Origin: Myxococcales bacterium
Lineage (GTDB): Bacteria; Myxococcota_A; Polyangia; Polyangiales; GCA-016699535
Reading direction: 5' to 3'
Length of the DNA stretch: 64,000 nucleotides
Assembly (NCBI GenBank): GCA_016699535.1
Contig: CP064980.1
Span: 3,296,835 to 3,360,834, forward strand
In this document: one piece after another, positions 48,020-59,300 of the stretch
How positions within the stretch are numbered: position 1 is the stretch's first letter
How the letters are laid out: every line of letters starts with the position of its first letter
Translations under genes and position numbers: made by a program
Notes under the pieces: generated by a model
Seen by the model: the letters and a program-made list of their open reading frames with translations, nothing else
Databases searched by the model: none
Told to the model about the DNA's origin: nothing

Positions 48020-48448
48020 TTAACCACTAAAGTGATTGATTACGCTGTCGTCGGGGATGCGACGGCGGGTGCGTAGCGTTATGAGTAATGCGATGAGGGA
48101 CAGAGCAAAGGCGACGCCGGTTGTATCAGCAAGCCAGTCCATTACGGAGGGGATGCGTTTTGGCACGTAGTATTGGTGACATTCATCGATGATCCCCCAA
48201 CTCACGGAAATCACAAAAGCTAAGAGATAGCGAAAACGATTGTTTAGATGGGCAAAGCTTACATGACAGGCAAAGTATACGAGAACACCGAGCACGAAAT
48301 ACTCTGTGAAATGCAAGAGCTTGTCATGCACCAAAAAAGTTACTTTCGGCAGATGACCCGCAGGAATCGCGGATACTCCCCAGATAAGTGTCATGTACAA
48401 AGCAGCAGGCAACCACGATAGGATGGCTCGAGCGTGTGTCCGTATCAT
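48020..48448 (-). CDS. VanZ-family membrane protein
   Basis: DKLLHFTEYFVLG and DECHQYYVPKR...DWLADTTG motifs, with about 4 TM segments. Confidence 0.75.
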   Translation of the reverse strand: MIRTHARAILSWLPAALYMTLIWGVSAIPAGHLPKVTFLVHDKLLHFTEYFVLGVLVYFACHVSFAHLNNRFRYLLAFVISVSWGIIDECHQYYVPKRIPSVMDWLADTTGVAFALSLIALLITLRTRRRIPDDSVINHFSG

Positions 48449-48454
48449 CGAGAA

Positions 48455-49888
48455 CTACTGTACACCAGCTAACGGTAATCGACGAGTGTTTTTAGCAGGA
48501 ACCGGAGCCAGCGACTCACCTCGCTTGACTGCACGCAGCGAGTGTTTGAAGGCTTGGCAAATTTCAACTTCGAGCAGCTGGCCCACAGGGTTTTGCTCCG
48601 GAGCAAGGTCAACGTGCACAATTTCGTTGCGCTCGGTGCGACCCATGAAACGGCCTTGCACTCCCCGCGAGGGCCCCTCGATCAGCACGGACTGAATTGT
48701 ACCGACGAGACTTTCAAGATGAGCATCTTGCTGCTCAGCCACCAACGACAAAAGCGCAGCGAGACGTTCATCTTTCACTTCCTCCGAAACGTCGTCCTCG
48801 AGCTTTAACGAAGGCGTGAAGGGCCGCGGTGAATACTTGAACGCAAAAGCTGATACAAAGCCAACGCTTTTGATCAGATCCAAGGTCTGCTCGAAATCCT
48901 CGTCGCTCTCGCCCGGAAAGCCCACAATCACATCAGTGGAAAGCGTCATGCCTTTTCTGCTTTGCAGTAAGGCTTTAGCACGCTCGATGTAGTGCTCACG
49001 CGTATAGCGACGAATCATGCGTTTCAGAACGCGATTGGATCCGGACTGAACGGGCAGATGAACGTGCGAGGCCAATACCTCAAGCGACGCATGTTTTTCA
49101 AGCAACTCGTCGGTAAGATGCTGTGGATGCGGCGAGGTGTACCGTAGGCGTGACAAAGCTGGGACTTCATCCGAGATGCGTTGGAGCAGCGAAGCAAATT
49201 GGGAACTCTTGTCGAGCGCGCGCTGGTGGGGCGCGAGCATTGAATTAATATCTGCAGTGCCAGGTTCATACCAAGAGTTAACGGTCTGTCCTAAGAGCGT
49301 CACTTCCCGGATACCACCCTCTACCATATGTTTAATTTCATGGATGATGTCATCGGCAGACCTGTAGCGCTCGGAGCCACGGGTGTAAGGAACAATGCAA
49401 AAGCTGCAACGCTGATCGCAACCTTTCATGATAGTAACAAAACTGCAAACTTCATCGCGCGCTGCACGTGGCGTGGCTTGCAGGAACGAAGGATTATCAT
49501 TGTCAAAAACGGTGCGTGCAACCGGGGGGCCACCTGAGCGAACATGTTCGATAAGCGCCGGCAGTTCGGGGATATTGTCCGGGCCCAACACAACATCGAG
49601 ATATGGGACTTTTCTTAAAAGCTTTTCACTTTCTTGTTGCGCAACACAGCCAGCCACCGCCAGAACAAGATCAGGGCGCATATGTTTCAGCGGACGATAG
49701 GTGCCCAGTGCACTCATCAATTTGTGCTCGGCCTTTTCGCGAATACTGCAAGTATTAAACACAATTACGTCGGCATCCGATGCTGTTTGTGCAGCTTCGT
49801 AGCCGGCCTGCGATAAGACCTCTTCCATGCGACGCGAGTCATGGACGTTCATTTGGCAGCCGAAGGTTTGGATGAGGTATTTGGACAC
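48455..49888 (-). CDS. miaB: tRNA-i6A37 methylthiotransferase
   Basis: TFGCQMN N-terminal cluster, radical SAM CDQRCSFCIVP and a TRAM-like C-terminus. Confidence 0.9.
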   Translation of the reverse strand: MSKYLIQTFGCQMNVHDSRRMEEVLSQAGYEAAQTASDADVIVFNTCSIREKAEHKLMSALGTYRPLKHMRPDLVLAVAGCVAQQESEKLLRKVPYLDVVLGPDNIPELPALIEHVRSGGPPVARTVFDNDNPSFLQATPRAARDEVCSFVTIMKGCDQRCSFCIVPYTRGSERYRSADDIIHEIKHMVEGGIREVTLLGQTVNSWYEPGTADINSMLAPHQRALDKSSQFASLLQRISDEVPALSRLRYTSPHPQHLTDELLEKHASLEVLASHVHLPVQSGSNRVLKRMIRRYTREHYIERAKALLQSRKGMTLSTDVIVGFPGESDEDFEQTLDLIKSVGFVSAFAFKYSPRPFTPSLKLEDDVSEEVKDERLAALLSLVAEQQDAHLESLVGTIQSVLIEGPSRGVQGRFMGRTERNEIVHVDLAPEQNPVGQLLEVEICQAFKHSLRAVKRGESLAPVPAKNTRRLPLAGVQ

Positions 49889-50118
49889 AAAAAGCTTCTG
49901 TTAATGATTGAAAGGGACAATGGCGCCACAAAGCCGATGCAAGGATTCACAACGCACAAATACAACGCTCCCTTTTAGAGGCAATTGGCAAAAATTCAAG
50001 CGGCCAAGTAATTTTGAATAATTACCCCAATTTCAGGTCTGCACGAGAAGCAAAGCAGAAGCCTTTGAGTGGCTTGGCGTAGAGAAAACAACCGCAGAAA
50101 AGCACGGGTGGCTTTGCG

Positions 50119-51129
50119 TCACGGTATGGGCGAAGGTATCACGGGCAGTCCGAACAAGGCACCCCCGCCAGAAAATCCTACAACCCCATCCGAGTTAAAC
50201 ACCGGCAGGGCTGCTGCTGAAGCCCGAAAGGTTTCCAAAGGCTGCGCGGTAGCAGAGCTAGCTTCTGTCATCATGGTTACGGGTTGCGCGCCGGTGATGC
50301 CAAAGCCCACGTTGATCAAGAGAACGGCTCTATTCCCAGGAATCCCATCGGCTCCCACAACCACGGCGCCGGGCGTTGAACACGCAATAGCAACAAAGGC
50401 TCCTGAGGGTACGCCTTCAGCCACTTGAGCGACGGCCGGGTTGAACATAGCCTGTCGCGCGAGCATTGCCACGTTGCCGTACCATAGTTGAGTCACAAGC
50501 TCCGAAGTAAACAGCGCGCCATTGACTTGAGTAATAATCCCGTGGAGCGCCAAAATGGTGGCTTTGCATTGATCGATACGAGGTTTTTCAAGCTCTAGAT
50601 CAATATCCGCGCTGGTATGGATGGACAAGCTTTGCTTGAGGTCAAGCGGAGTAAGGTAGTCCTCCACATCGTAGTCTCCGTATCCTCCCTGACCTGGCAT
50701 ACTGGTTTGACCTAGTCGTGCATCATCGAGACTTATTTCGGACGTTGCCATTATAGCTTGCAGGCTATCGGTGACATAATTCCAGAACTCTTGCAGGACG
50801 ACTAAGGGAGCATGACGCAAAGCCTGATCAATAGCATACAGCTGTTTGATCGTGGTCCAATTCTCTGCTGCAAGGCCACTGTCAACATATCGGTCTAGGC
50901 CATATAGCAGCAATCCAGCCCCGACAACCACACCGACCACTGGCCAGCCAAAAGTAAAGCCGACCGCTGCCGTTAGACTAATGGCTTCAGCCGAAGCATC
51001 TTCCGCTGCAAGATCAGCTTCTTCATTGTGCGCGCTGCAATTGGACAATAGTAAGCCAAGGCAAAGAAACAATACAATGCCTGTACAGGTATGACGTTGT
51101 TGGAAATAAGGATTCATCATGATAGTCAT
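50119..51129 (-). CDS. Hypothetical lipoprotein
   Basis: An internal start (M at 51129 or 51120) gives a signal with lipobox LLSNCS. No domain recognised. Confidence 0.5.
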   Translation of the reverse strand: MTIMMNPYFQQRHTCTGIVLFLCLGLLLSNCSAHNEEADLAAEDASAEAISLTAAVGFTFGWPVVGVVVGAGLLLYGLDRYVDSGLAAENWTTIKQLYAIDQALRHAPLVVLQEFWNYVTDSLQAIMATSEISLDDARLGQTSMPGQGGYGDYDVEDYLTPLDLKQSLSIHTSADIDLELEKPRIDQCKATILALHGIITQVNGALFTSELVTQLWYGNVAMLARQAMFNPAVAQVAEGVPSGAFVAIACSTPGAVVVGADGIPGNRAVLLINVGFGITGAQPVTMMTEASSATAQPLETFRASAAALPVFNSDGVVGFSGGGALFGLPVIPSPIP

Positions 51130-51292
51130 TTTAATAAGCAATTTCTGTGCCATGTTCTTGGATAACAATACAATCTTTTCGAACGGATATTGAGATAAAG
51201 ACAGGCTTCTATCTAAGAGAAAAGCTGATCTGCTCGGGGTGTGGAATCCAAGGAGTGGATACAAAAAGCCTCAGTTCACTACAGGCCGATGC

Positions 51293-52993
51293 TCATTGAG
51301 CGCGCTCGAAACGTAAAAAGTCGGCAAGCACTCTGAGCTCGGATTCGCTGAGATCTTCGGCAAAGGCTGGCATCTCATTTAGCTCGCCGTAGTGGTGTTC
51401 AGGATCGGCTGTTTGCCGGTAAATCCACTGCGCTGATCCGTAAGCACTCAGGTCAGGGCCGCCAAGGCCATCGTAGTCGCCATCTCCTTCGTAACGATGA
51501 CAGCCCATGCATTTGCTCTGAAACAAACGCGCACCTTCTTCAACAAGCTCTTGATTAACGGGCAAATCCGTTGGCTCTTGACCAAGAGAGAACAGGAACT
51601 CGACAATCGCGGTGAGTTTTTTTTGCCCCAGTTTTTTTTGCGAGGGCATGTCGTCGATATCTGTCTTTGCAAAAAACCGATTCGCCTGAGGTTTTTCTAG
51701 CAGGGCCATGATCCACTCCCGCGAGGCAAACGCGGTGTGATCCGGGGCTTGTCGCTCGCCCTCCCCATGAAGAATATGACACTGCTGACAGTTTCTGCGA
51801 TACAGATCCTGACCTCCAATCACAGGGTCATTAGCCAGCATGAACAGCGGTCCCTCTGGAGGAACGCCCTGCTGAGCTATCGCATACGCACGCTCTGCAC
51901 GCTTGGCAGCGCTGGCTTTGCTTCTTAGAAAATCAACATCGTGCAAATCATCGTAAAATGACCAGACCGTTAGTCCGGCTATGAATAGTCCTGCGCCGAT
52001 GATCGGTAATATGAATTTCAAACGAGGCCTTAATCCCATCTTTGGTTCATGATCCAAAAATGGTAGTGCGATAAGAAACGCTGCAACCAGAACGGGAATG
52101 AGAGCCGCTGCTATGCTTTCAAAATCCGATGGTAGGATTTTAAACAACTGAAATAAAAAACGAAAATACCACTCAGGCCGCGGCGGATACACAACACTTG
52201 GATCGGCAGGCGCATCGAGAGGAGCGCCATGCCCCTTGAACGTAAAATAGATAATCGCGCCCACGGTGATAACACTTGCGATTTGATTTCGAACAAGCTG
52301 AAAGGGATAGTAGGGTTGCGAGTGCTTGGCTGGATTTGTTCGATACGGATAGCGTCGAAGTGGTCCATGTCGCTGAAACAGCAAAAGATGCATCACGACC
52401 AGCAACACAATGAACGCGGGCAAAATAGCAACATGAAGTGCAAAGAAGCGGCTCAACATGAGCTGCCCGTACTGATCGCCGCCCAACAAAAGTGATTTGA
52501 GCGCGCGACCCACAAACGGCAGACCTCCAATGACACTCGTCGTTACTTTGGAAGCCCAATAAGCTTTTTGATCCCACGGCAAAAGGTAGCCACTTAGCGC
52601 CATCCCCAGCAGCAAGGCCATCAAGGCAAGACCAAACCACCAGCTTAGTTCACGTGGAGCTTTATAGGCGCCATAGGTTGCTGTTTGAACAAAATGCAGT
52701 CCAAGCACAATCATCACTGCAGAGGCTCCATAGTGATGCACACCGCGCACAAACCAACCCAAAGTCATTTGGCTTTGGATATACATCACGCTCGGCCAAG
52801 CAGATTGCACGCCGGGTACAAACACCAGCATAAGCAACACGCCGGAAAACAACTGAATCACAAGCAGCAAAACAAGAACACGTCCGAAGACGCGCGACCA
52901 ACTGGCTCCCCCGGGTCGCTCGTGATGCAAATAACGATCAAGGAGTTGTTGATACCCCGTACGGGCTTGCAGCCATTGGCGAAACTCCATCAT
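51293..52993 (-). CDS. Cytochrome b (bc-complex type) fused to a C-terminal di-haem cytochrome c domain
   Basis: Cytochrome b helices with paired His (VHHYGAS, FFALHV), PWDQKAYW, then two CxxCH sites (CQQCH, CMGCH). Confidence 0.8.
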   Translation of the reverse strand: MMEFRQWLQARTGYQQLLDRYLHHERPGGASWSRVFGRVLVLLLVIQLFSGVLLMLVFVPGVQSAWPSVMYIQSQMTLGWFVRGVHHYGASAVMIVLGLHFVQTATYGAYKAPRELSWWFGLALMALLLGMALSGYLLPWDQKAYWASKVTTSVIGGLPFVGRALKSLLLGGDQYGQLMLSRFFALHVAILPAFIVLLVVMHLLLFQRHGPLRRYPYRTNPAKHSQPYYPFQLVRNQIASVITVGAIIYFTFKGHGAPLDAPADPSVVYPPRPEWYFRFLFQLFKILPSDFESIAAALIPVLVAAFLIALPFLDHEPKMGLRPRLKFILPIIGAGLFIAGLTVWSFYDDLHDVDFLRSKASAAKRAERAYAIAQQGVPPEGPLFMLANDPVIGGQDLYRRNCQQCHILHGEGERQAPDHTAFASREWIMALLEKPQANRFFAKTDIDDMPSQKKLGQKKLTAIVEFLFSLGQEPTDLPVNQELVEEGARLFQSKCMGCHRYEGDGDYDGLGGPDLSAYGSAQWIYRQTADPEHHYGELNEMPAFAEDLSESELRVLADFLRFERAQ

Positions 52994-53517
52994 GATTCCA
53001 ATTCTATTTTCTTTGAAGTCTGTAGCTCAAAACGCTTAAATTGAACTTCGATGGAATTGCCCTTCACCCGGGTTTTTAGCTCATCAAGCGCACGAGGAGA
53101 CGGTCCAGCAAGGGCTTTTCCATCAAGAGCAAAGGCACTTTTATGGCATGGACACGCAAACTCTCTTTTATTTTTTGCCAGAGCGATTTTGCATCCAAGG
53201 TGCGGGCACTCGGCACTTAGAGCCCTTAGCTCTCCCTTTCTAGAACGGCTTAGCCACACCGTGCCCAGTGTCTGCTTTTCATTTTTAATCCAAGCGTCAC
53301 GCGCATCACCTATCACCGCAAACGATATGGGCGTCTCCCCCAAGTGTTCAAGCTTCGCGATAGGGACCCAACGATCTTTAGTCTTGTTCCGCCGAAACCA
53401 AGGGTCAACAAGATAGCCGATCCACGGAACAGCAAAAACCGCACTCAAAAGGGTAGCTGTGCCGTAGGTCACTGTTTTTAAGAGTTGGCGACGTGTTTGA
53501 CGCTTTCTTTCTTCCAT
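52990..53517 (-). CDS. Rieske 2Fe-2S subunit with a Tat signal
   Basis: RRQLLK twin-arginine leader. CPHLGC and CPCHKS cluster boxes. There is a 4-bp overlap with the cytochrome b gene. Confidence 0.85.
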   Translation of the reverse strand: MEERKRQTRRQLLKTVTYGTATLLSAVFAVPWIGYLVDPWFRRNKTKDRWVPIAKLEHLGETPISFAVIGDARDAWIKNEKQTLGTVWLSRSRKGELRALSAECPHLGCKIALAKNKREFACPCHKSAFALDGKALAGPSPRALDELKTRVKGNSIEVQFKRFELQTSKKIELES

Positions 53518-53571
53518 CTATACTCCTCTAGCCAAATCACGCTTTTTTGAGTTACATTTTACGGTGTTAGA

Positions 53572-54120
53572 TTGAACTACTTATGTCAATTGGCAAAGGC
53601 CGTTATTTTGGAGTTGATAGGCAGAGGAGCTGACCATGTTTTCAAAAAACTATTACCTTTGGTTTTTCTTATCCTTGGGTCTGACAGCAATTGTCAAAAT
53701 AGTGCAAACGACGATGCTTCAGAAGCAGAGCTTAGTTCAGGCGATGAGGCATCGGAAGCTAACGCAGATACCGAAGTCACTGCATCTGGGCAGAACGATC
53801 CGGGTTTAATCGATCCGCGTGCCAATGCGATCGAGCAAGAGCTTAGCTCTTTGACAAAAGCGAATTGGAAAAAGCTTCTGAAATCTGGTGAGCGCCGCTA
53901 CGATCGTGCATGCGGTTCATGCCACCCTGGTGGTCAAGACGACCTCGGACCAAGTTTGATTGGCATTCGTTGGTCGATTTCGGATATGTATCGGCAAATT
54001 CGCAAAGGCTCAGGGAAAATGCAGCCGATTTCGGAAAAGCGACTGCCCGAAAAGGACATGGCGGCCGTGATGGTCTATCTGTCGACCCTCAACATCGTCA
54101 AAGACCTTTCAGCTCCCTAA
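53572..54120 (+). CDS. Mono-haem c-type cytochrome (start uncertain, possible frameshift at an A6 run)
   Basis: CGSCH haem site and a distal GKMQP Met. The best start (ATG 53636, with AGAGGAG 7 nt upstream) is one frame off. One extra A in the run at 53644-53649 would give MFSKKLLPLVFLILGS... Confidence 0.7.
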   Translation: MNYLCQLAKAVILELIGRGADHVFKKLLPLVFLILGSDSNCQNSANDDASEAELSSGDEASEANADTEVTASGQNDPGLIDPRANAIEQELSSLTKANWKKLLKSGERRYDRACGSCHPGGQDDLGPSLIGIRWSISDMYRQIRKGSGKMQPISEKRLPEKDMAAVMVYLSTLNIVKDLSAP

Positions 54121-54180
54121 AGCAGCTTTTTAGCATAAAACAGCTGTGAAAACTGCCGTAATCTAGGCTATAAGCGGCTA

Positions 54181-56352
54181 GTGGGGCATCCGGTATCTGG
54201 CTCAAATTCATTCCGTTTGAACTGCCATAGTCGAGCGGACGCTGGCGTCGCGCGAGCTCGTTTGAAAACGGACGCTAGCGTCGCGCGAGCTCGCAAAAAA
54301 ACGGGCGCGAAGAGCAAGCGAACTACTTTGCAAACACGTCCGGCCGAACCATCGAGCAAACAGCCAAGGTGCCGTCTATTTGTGCCACAGTTATTCTTCT
54401 TTTGTGCTGGAATCACTCTGTTTAGTGCTTGCGCCTCGGTTCCCAAGGGACGGTATGGAATCACCAATTTTGAGCTTAGTGGTGTACAGCAGATGGATGC
54501 TAAATCCCTGCAAGCCTGTTTAGCTACGCAAGAACGTTCCTCTTTTTCATTTAATTTGGGAGCGGTTCCCGAACCCGAATGCAATGTTCCGCCCTTCGAC
54601 ACAGATCGCGTCACCTTGTCGTTGTGGCGCTGGCCTTGGACCGACTGGCCTGTCTTTGAACGGACAATTTTTGAGCGTGACCTGGAGCGCATTGTGCGTT
54701 GGTACCGAGCACGTGGTTTTTACAGAGCCCGCATCTTGAATAGCGAAGTTCTTCCCAACTCAGCGTTGGACTCTGACCGAACACTGCTCATGGAAGGGCA
54801 AAAGCTACGCCTAGGTGAAGAGGAAAGTGAAAAACACGCTACGGTAAAAGTCCAAGTATACGAAGGCGAACCGGTTATTGTTCGATCCTTGGAGCTTAAC
54901 GAAGATACCGAATTGGAGATTGATCTTCGCCGCAGATTACACAAGCAAATAGGCCGTATGATCGGGCAGCGCTTTGATGAAGCAGAGTACGACTTGAACA
55001 AAAAACATTGCTTCGAATCCTACAAGACGCTTCCTATGCCCATGCTGAAATTGAGGGCAGCGTTAAAATCGATACGCGCAAATTAACGGCTACCGTTAAG
55101 GTAGTTATCTACCCTGGCCCAGCATGTCGTTTTGGAAAGGTTGATGTGGTTGTAGACGACCGCTACGACCTTCCAAAATCAACTATTTTGGGCGCTGCGA
55201 AAATTCATAAACGTTCAGCCTTTAGCCTCACTGCGCTCGAAGAAGCACGACGAGAAGTCTACGCACTCGGTGCTTTTTCATCTGTTGAAATCGAGCCTGA
55301 GCTGAACGAAAAAAATGCAATTATCGATGTCCATATCCACGTCACGCCCGGACGGTTGTTTCGATACGGTCTAGGTGTTGGAATGCTTTCCGGAATTGCC
55401 CAACTTAGCAGTGTTCAAGAGCAGCAAGATGTTTTGCAGTGGGACCTGCACGTGTTGGGCTTTGTCGAGTTTCGAAATCTTCTTGGTGGCTTACGTAGAC
55501 TACGCATCGAAGAGCGTCCGCGTTTGATTTTTACGAGAAACTTTCCACAGGCATCCGATGGAGACCCCGTCTTGGGTAACTTGGTCACCGTCGAATTCCA
55601 GCAACCTGGCTTCGTTGAAACACGCACTACTTTGACGTCGGGTGCACGCTGGGATTTTGGACCGCAGCCCTATGGCGAGGACTATTCTCGTCACAATCTG
55701 GATGCATGGGTCGGGCCACAACGCTATTTTGCAAAAGGGCACCTTTTTGCTTCGACTCGAATTCACGGCAACGTTTTCTTTCCGACACATATCGGGGCCA
55801 GTGTCGAGGATCCCCCGAAAAAGTATGAAGTGCTTTTCTTTGAACAATACGCCCGGCTCGACCTTCGCGACCGGCCACGACAACCCCATAAGGGCTCATT
55901 CTTCGCACTCGGGCTTCATGAAGCCATCCCGCCCGGATCATGGACCTACTTGCGATTTACGCCTGATGCGCGTGTCTATTTGCCATTGCCGTTAGGCTTT
56001 ACTCTTGCTGGACGTTTTGCGATGGGCATCATGGAGATTCTCGAGAGCTCGTTTAATCCGGCGACAGATCCCCGTCTTGCCACGCTCGGTCCAGGTGTTT
56101 GCAGATGCAGGAGATGTCTCGCAATCCAAGCAATTTCGTTTTGACCATCCTCAAACAACTTTAGGACTTGGATTTCGCTACCACACCATTATCGGCCCCA
56201 TTCGTTTTGATGCAGGTTGGCGAGTTCCTGGCGCACAGGTTATCGGAAAGGATGAACGCGATCCAGAACGAGCAGGGAAACCGTCCGATGCAAGCCTACT
56301 CTTTTTTGGTTTTCCAGGCGCGCTGCACCTAACGATAGGAGAATCGTTTTGA
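54181..56352 (+). pseudogene. tamA: TamA/Omp85-family outer-membrane protein (POTRA domains plus beta-barrel), split into three frames
   Basis: POTRA hallmarks VRWYRARGFYRARI and VYEGEPVIVRSLEL. C-terminal barrel VQVFADAGDV...GLGFRY...IRFD. The frame switches are at the A6 run 55000-55005 and at about 56085-56100. The likely start is TTG 54328, with an LFSACAS signal. Confidence 0.7.
54236..54301. repeat. Tandem 33-bp duplication CGGACGCT(G/A)GCGTCGCGCGAGCTCG...AAAA
   Basis: The copies are at 54236-54268 and 54269-54301. Each contains the GACGC/GCGTC and CGAGCTCG dyads. They lie just upstream of the likely TamA-like start (TTG 54328). Confidence 0.8.
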
Positions 56353-59300
56353 AAGCACGACGGGCAGGCATGCGCGCTCTTATCGCGTCTCTTATCGCTG
56401 CACGTGTTACGATTGCAACCTTTTTTATCGTGCTCGTTTCAGTAAGCGTAAGCGCCTGGTACCATATTCAGCTTCCTCAAGGTCGTCACTTGGTTGCAAA
56501 TTTGGTTCATGATCTTGTCAACGGAGAAATCAAAGGTCAGCTCCAGATTTCAGAAATCGTTTCGATCAGCCCAACAAAGGTCGTGACCAAAAACGTATAT
56601 CTTTACGATGCCGAAGGACGTCGAGTTGCTTTCGGAAAAACGGTTACCATCACACCAGATTTTCGAGCAGCATTCCGAGGCACACTTCGTTTCGCTCACG
56701 CGCGCCTCAATGGAGGACGCGTCAACCTCTACCCATCCGAGAGTGGATTGCCTACCTTAATCACTGCCTTTGAAGCGCGAGACCCTACGCCAGGAATAGG
56801 ACCACCCATCCACGCTGTTGTTGACGACATACAAATTGAAAAGGTTGCAGTGCGAGGTGAGGTTCTTGGACTCAAGGGCCTGTTGGCTAAAGACTTCAAA
56901 GCAAACTGGCGTCTTGAGTTCAATCGAAAAATTCAGGTCACCGTTTTCAGTGCGCAGGGCCAATTGCTCGAACCCTTTCCTTTCAAGCTCGCACTTCAAG
57001 ATTTACGAGGACTGATTGAAACCGATTTAGCGAGAGGGATTAGTTTGGCTGCACGTCTCAAGAATGGAACGGAGCACTATACTGTCGCGTTACGCTATTT
57101 TAAAGATCCTAAGAAAGCAGATGAGCCCACGCTTGATGTACACGTTAACACAGCAAGCGTGTCGGCTCGAACAATTCAGGGACTGGGTTTTGAATGGGCG
57201 AAGATCCTTAATTTTAACGCGGCAGGGATTTTCGTCTTTTGGCCCGCCTGACAAACTTCAAATGGAAGCAAAAGCCACCACCGAAGGAGGCATTGTAAAC
57301 ATTGAAGGCTCCCTTGCTTCAGGACAAAACGCCGTCGTGACCTTCAAGACATCACAACTTAGGCTTAGCAAAGTTCTTGCTGAAGCACCTGACATAGCCG
57401 TCTCGGGTTCCGCAACCGTCACCGCAAGCCAGCCGCACCCAAAGCTTGATATTGATGTCCAAGCTTTTGAATACAAAGGAATCACTTTCCCCGCTTTCAC
57501 TATGCAGGGACGAATTCTTGCGAATCGAATACAAATCGATGCAATGCTTTCTAGGCATCTTGCTGGATCCATCAAAGGTCAAGGAGATGCGTTTTTCAAT
57601 GGACGTATCCGGCTCGAGTTGGAAGCTAACCTCAAGAACATTGGACGTGATCCCAACGTACCATCCGAGATTCAAGCAGATGCAAAAGCAAAGGTTGCAA
57701 TCGATACCCTGGGTTCGTCATCAAGTAGCCTTGAAGTAAGGGGCTCGATTGCACTTTCCGCAGTCCACTACAGAAGCATTAAAGCAGAGACACTGGTATT
57801 TGATGGCCTGTATCGTGGTGCACTAAGACAGCCTTATGTAAAAACACGACTCTCAGGCAAAGGTGTTCGCGTCGGGAACTACGTCCTTGGGGATACGGAG
57901 TTAACCATCGCTGGAGGCCCTTACACCTATGCTGTCGAAGGACGTGCAGGCACACCTGAGCAACGCAGAGCAGAGTTCGCTGCCACGATTCAAGCCAGCA
58001 CGGACGGCTATCTCCTGCACGCCAAGCAGGTAGTTGTTTCAGCTGCCGGCGGTACATGGCGTGGCTTTGTTGAGGGTCTTACCTTTCATCCCGGACAAGA
58101 CCTAGTAGTCGAACGCATCGTTCTGGCGAACGGTACCCAACGCCTGCAAGTCAGTGGGCAATACCGCTTTGATGGCACCGAAGAGATTGAAGCACAATGC
58201 AGGATTTTGATATCGCAGGCCTACGTGCCATCTTGGCAACAGGTGTCGAACCTTTTGCCGGTCGAGCGGACTTGCATCTAAGTCTTCGAGGACATCTGAG
58301 TTCACCTGAACTGTTGATCGAAGGCGCATTACGTGAAGGTAACTTCCTTTCCTTGGAGCCCGTCACTGCTGTTTATGTGTTGAACTATAGCGATGGTGTA
58401 CTCGAATTCGATGCCCAAGCAGAAATCGAAGAACGTGCTGTTTTATCAATCAATGGCAGCAGCCATCTTCAACTCGATGTCGAACACCCGATTGAGGCTA
58501 TTCGTCAGGGACAACATCACTTTTTGGCAAGCATCGACAATCTTTCGCTTGATGTCATTTCGCGTGCGACCAAGAAGCCACTTGAGAATCTTTCCGCTTC
58601 GGTTTTTGGAGATCTCGAGTTCAATGGTTTTTTTCACGAGTTTAGTCTCGACGGAACCTTACGTTTGTCGGAGTTCGTCTTTCGTGATTCGTCACCTGTC
58701 GATATCCAAACGCGTTTTAATTTCGGAGGCCAAACGCTGCTTCTTTCGCTAAGCACCTTACATGAGCAGCGTAAGCTTTTTGATGCAGAAGGAGCTTTTC
58801 AGCTACCACCGAACACCATCCCTGAGGCAAGCTCTGCGTTTGCAGCAAAGGTACTTGACCAGCCGTGGCAACTCTCCTTTGCCTTTCCACCGCGTCGCCT
58901 CGACAGGCTCCCTTCTCCCCTTTCTGAGTATCTAAATTTCCCGGCTGTGATTCAAGGAAAGGCTAATTTTTCAGGGGGTCAACAGACGACCACCGGATCG
59001 GTCGACCTTAGCACCACTTGGTTCGGATCATCGAAGGCAGGTGGTCTTTCAAAATCACGTCCACGCATGCGGATTCGTGGCGATACAAACAACGACCAAA
59101 CACATCTTAGTTTCGACGGTTTTGTCGGCACCGATCGAACCTTTAAAGCCGAAGCCTCTGCGAAAACTCCTTTGCATCAATGGATTCGTGCAGAACTGCC
59201 TTTCAGCATTCCGGGAACACGTTTTAGTGGGCATCTATGGCGCATGCCCATGGAAGATATCCCTCTTATGCCAAACTACATTAAGGGCCCCGCTGACATC

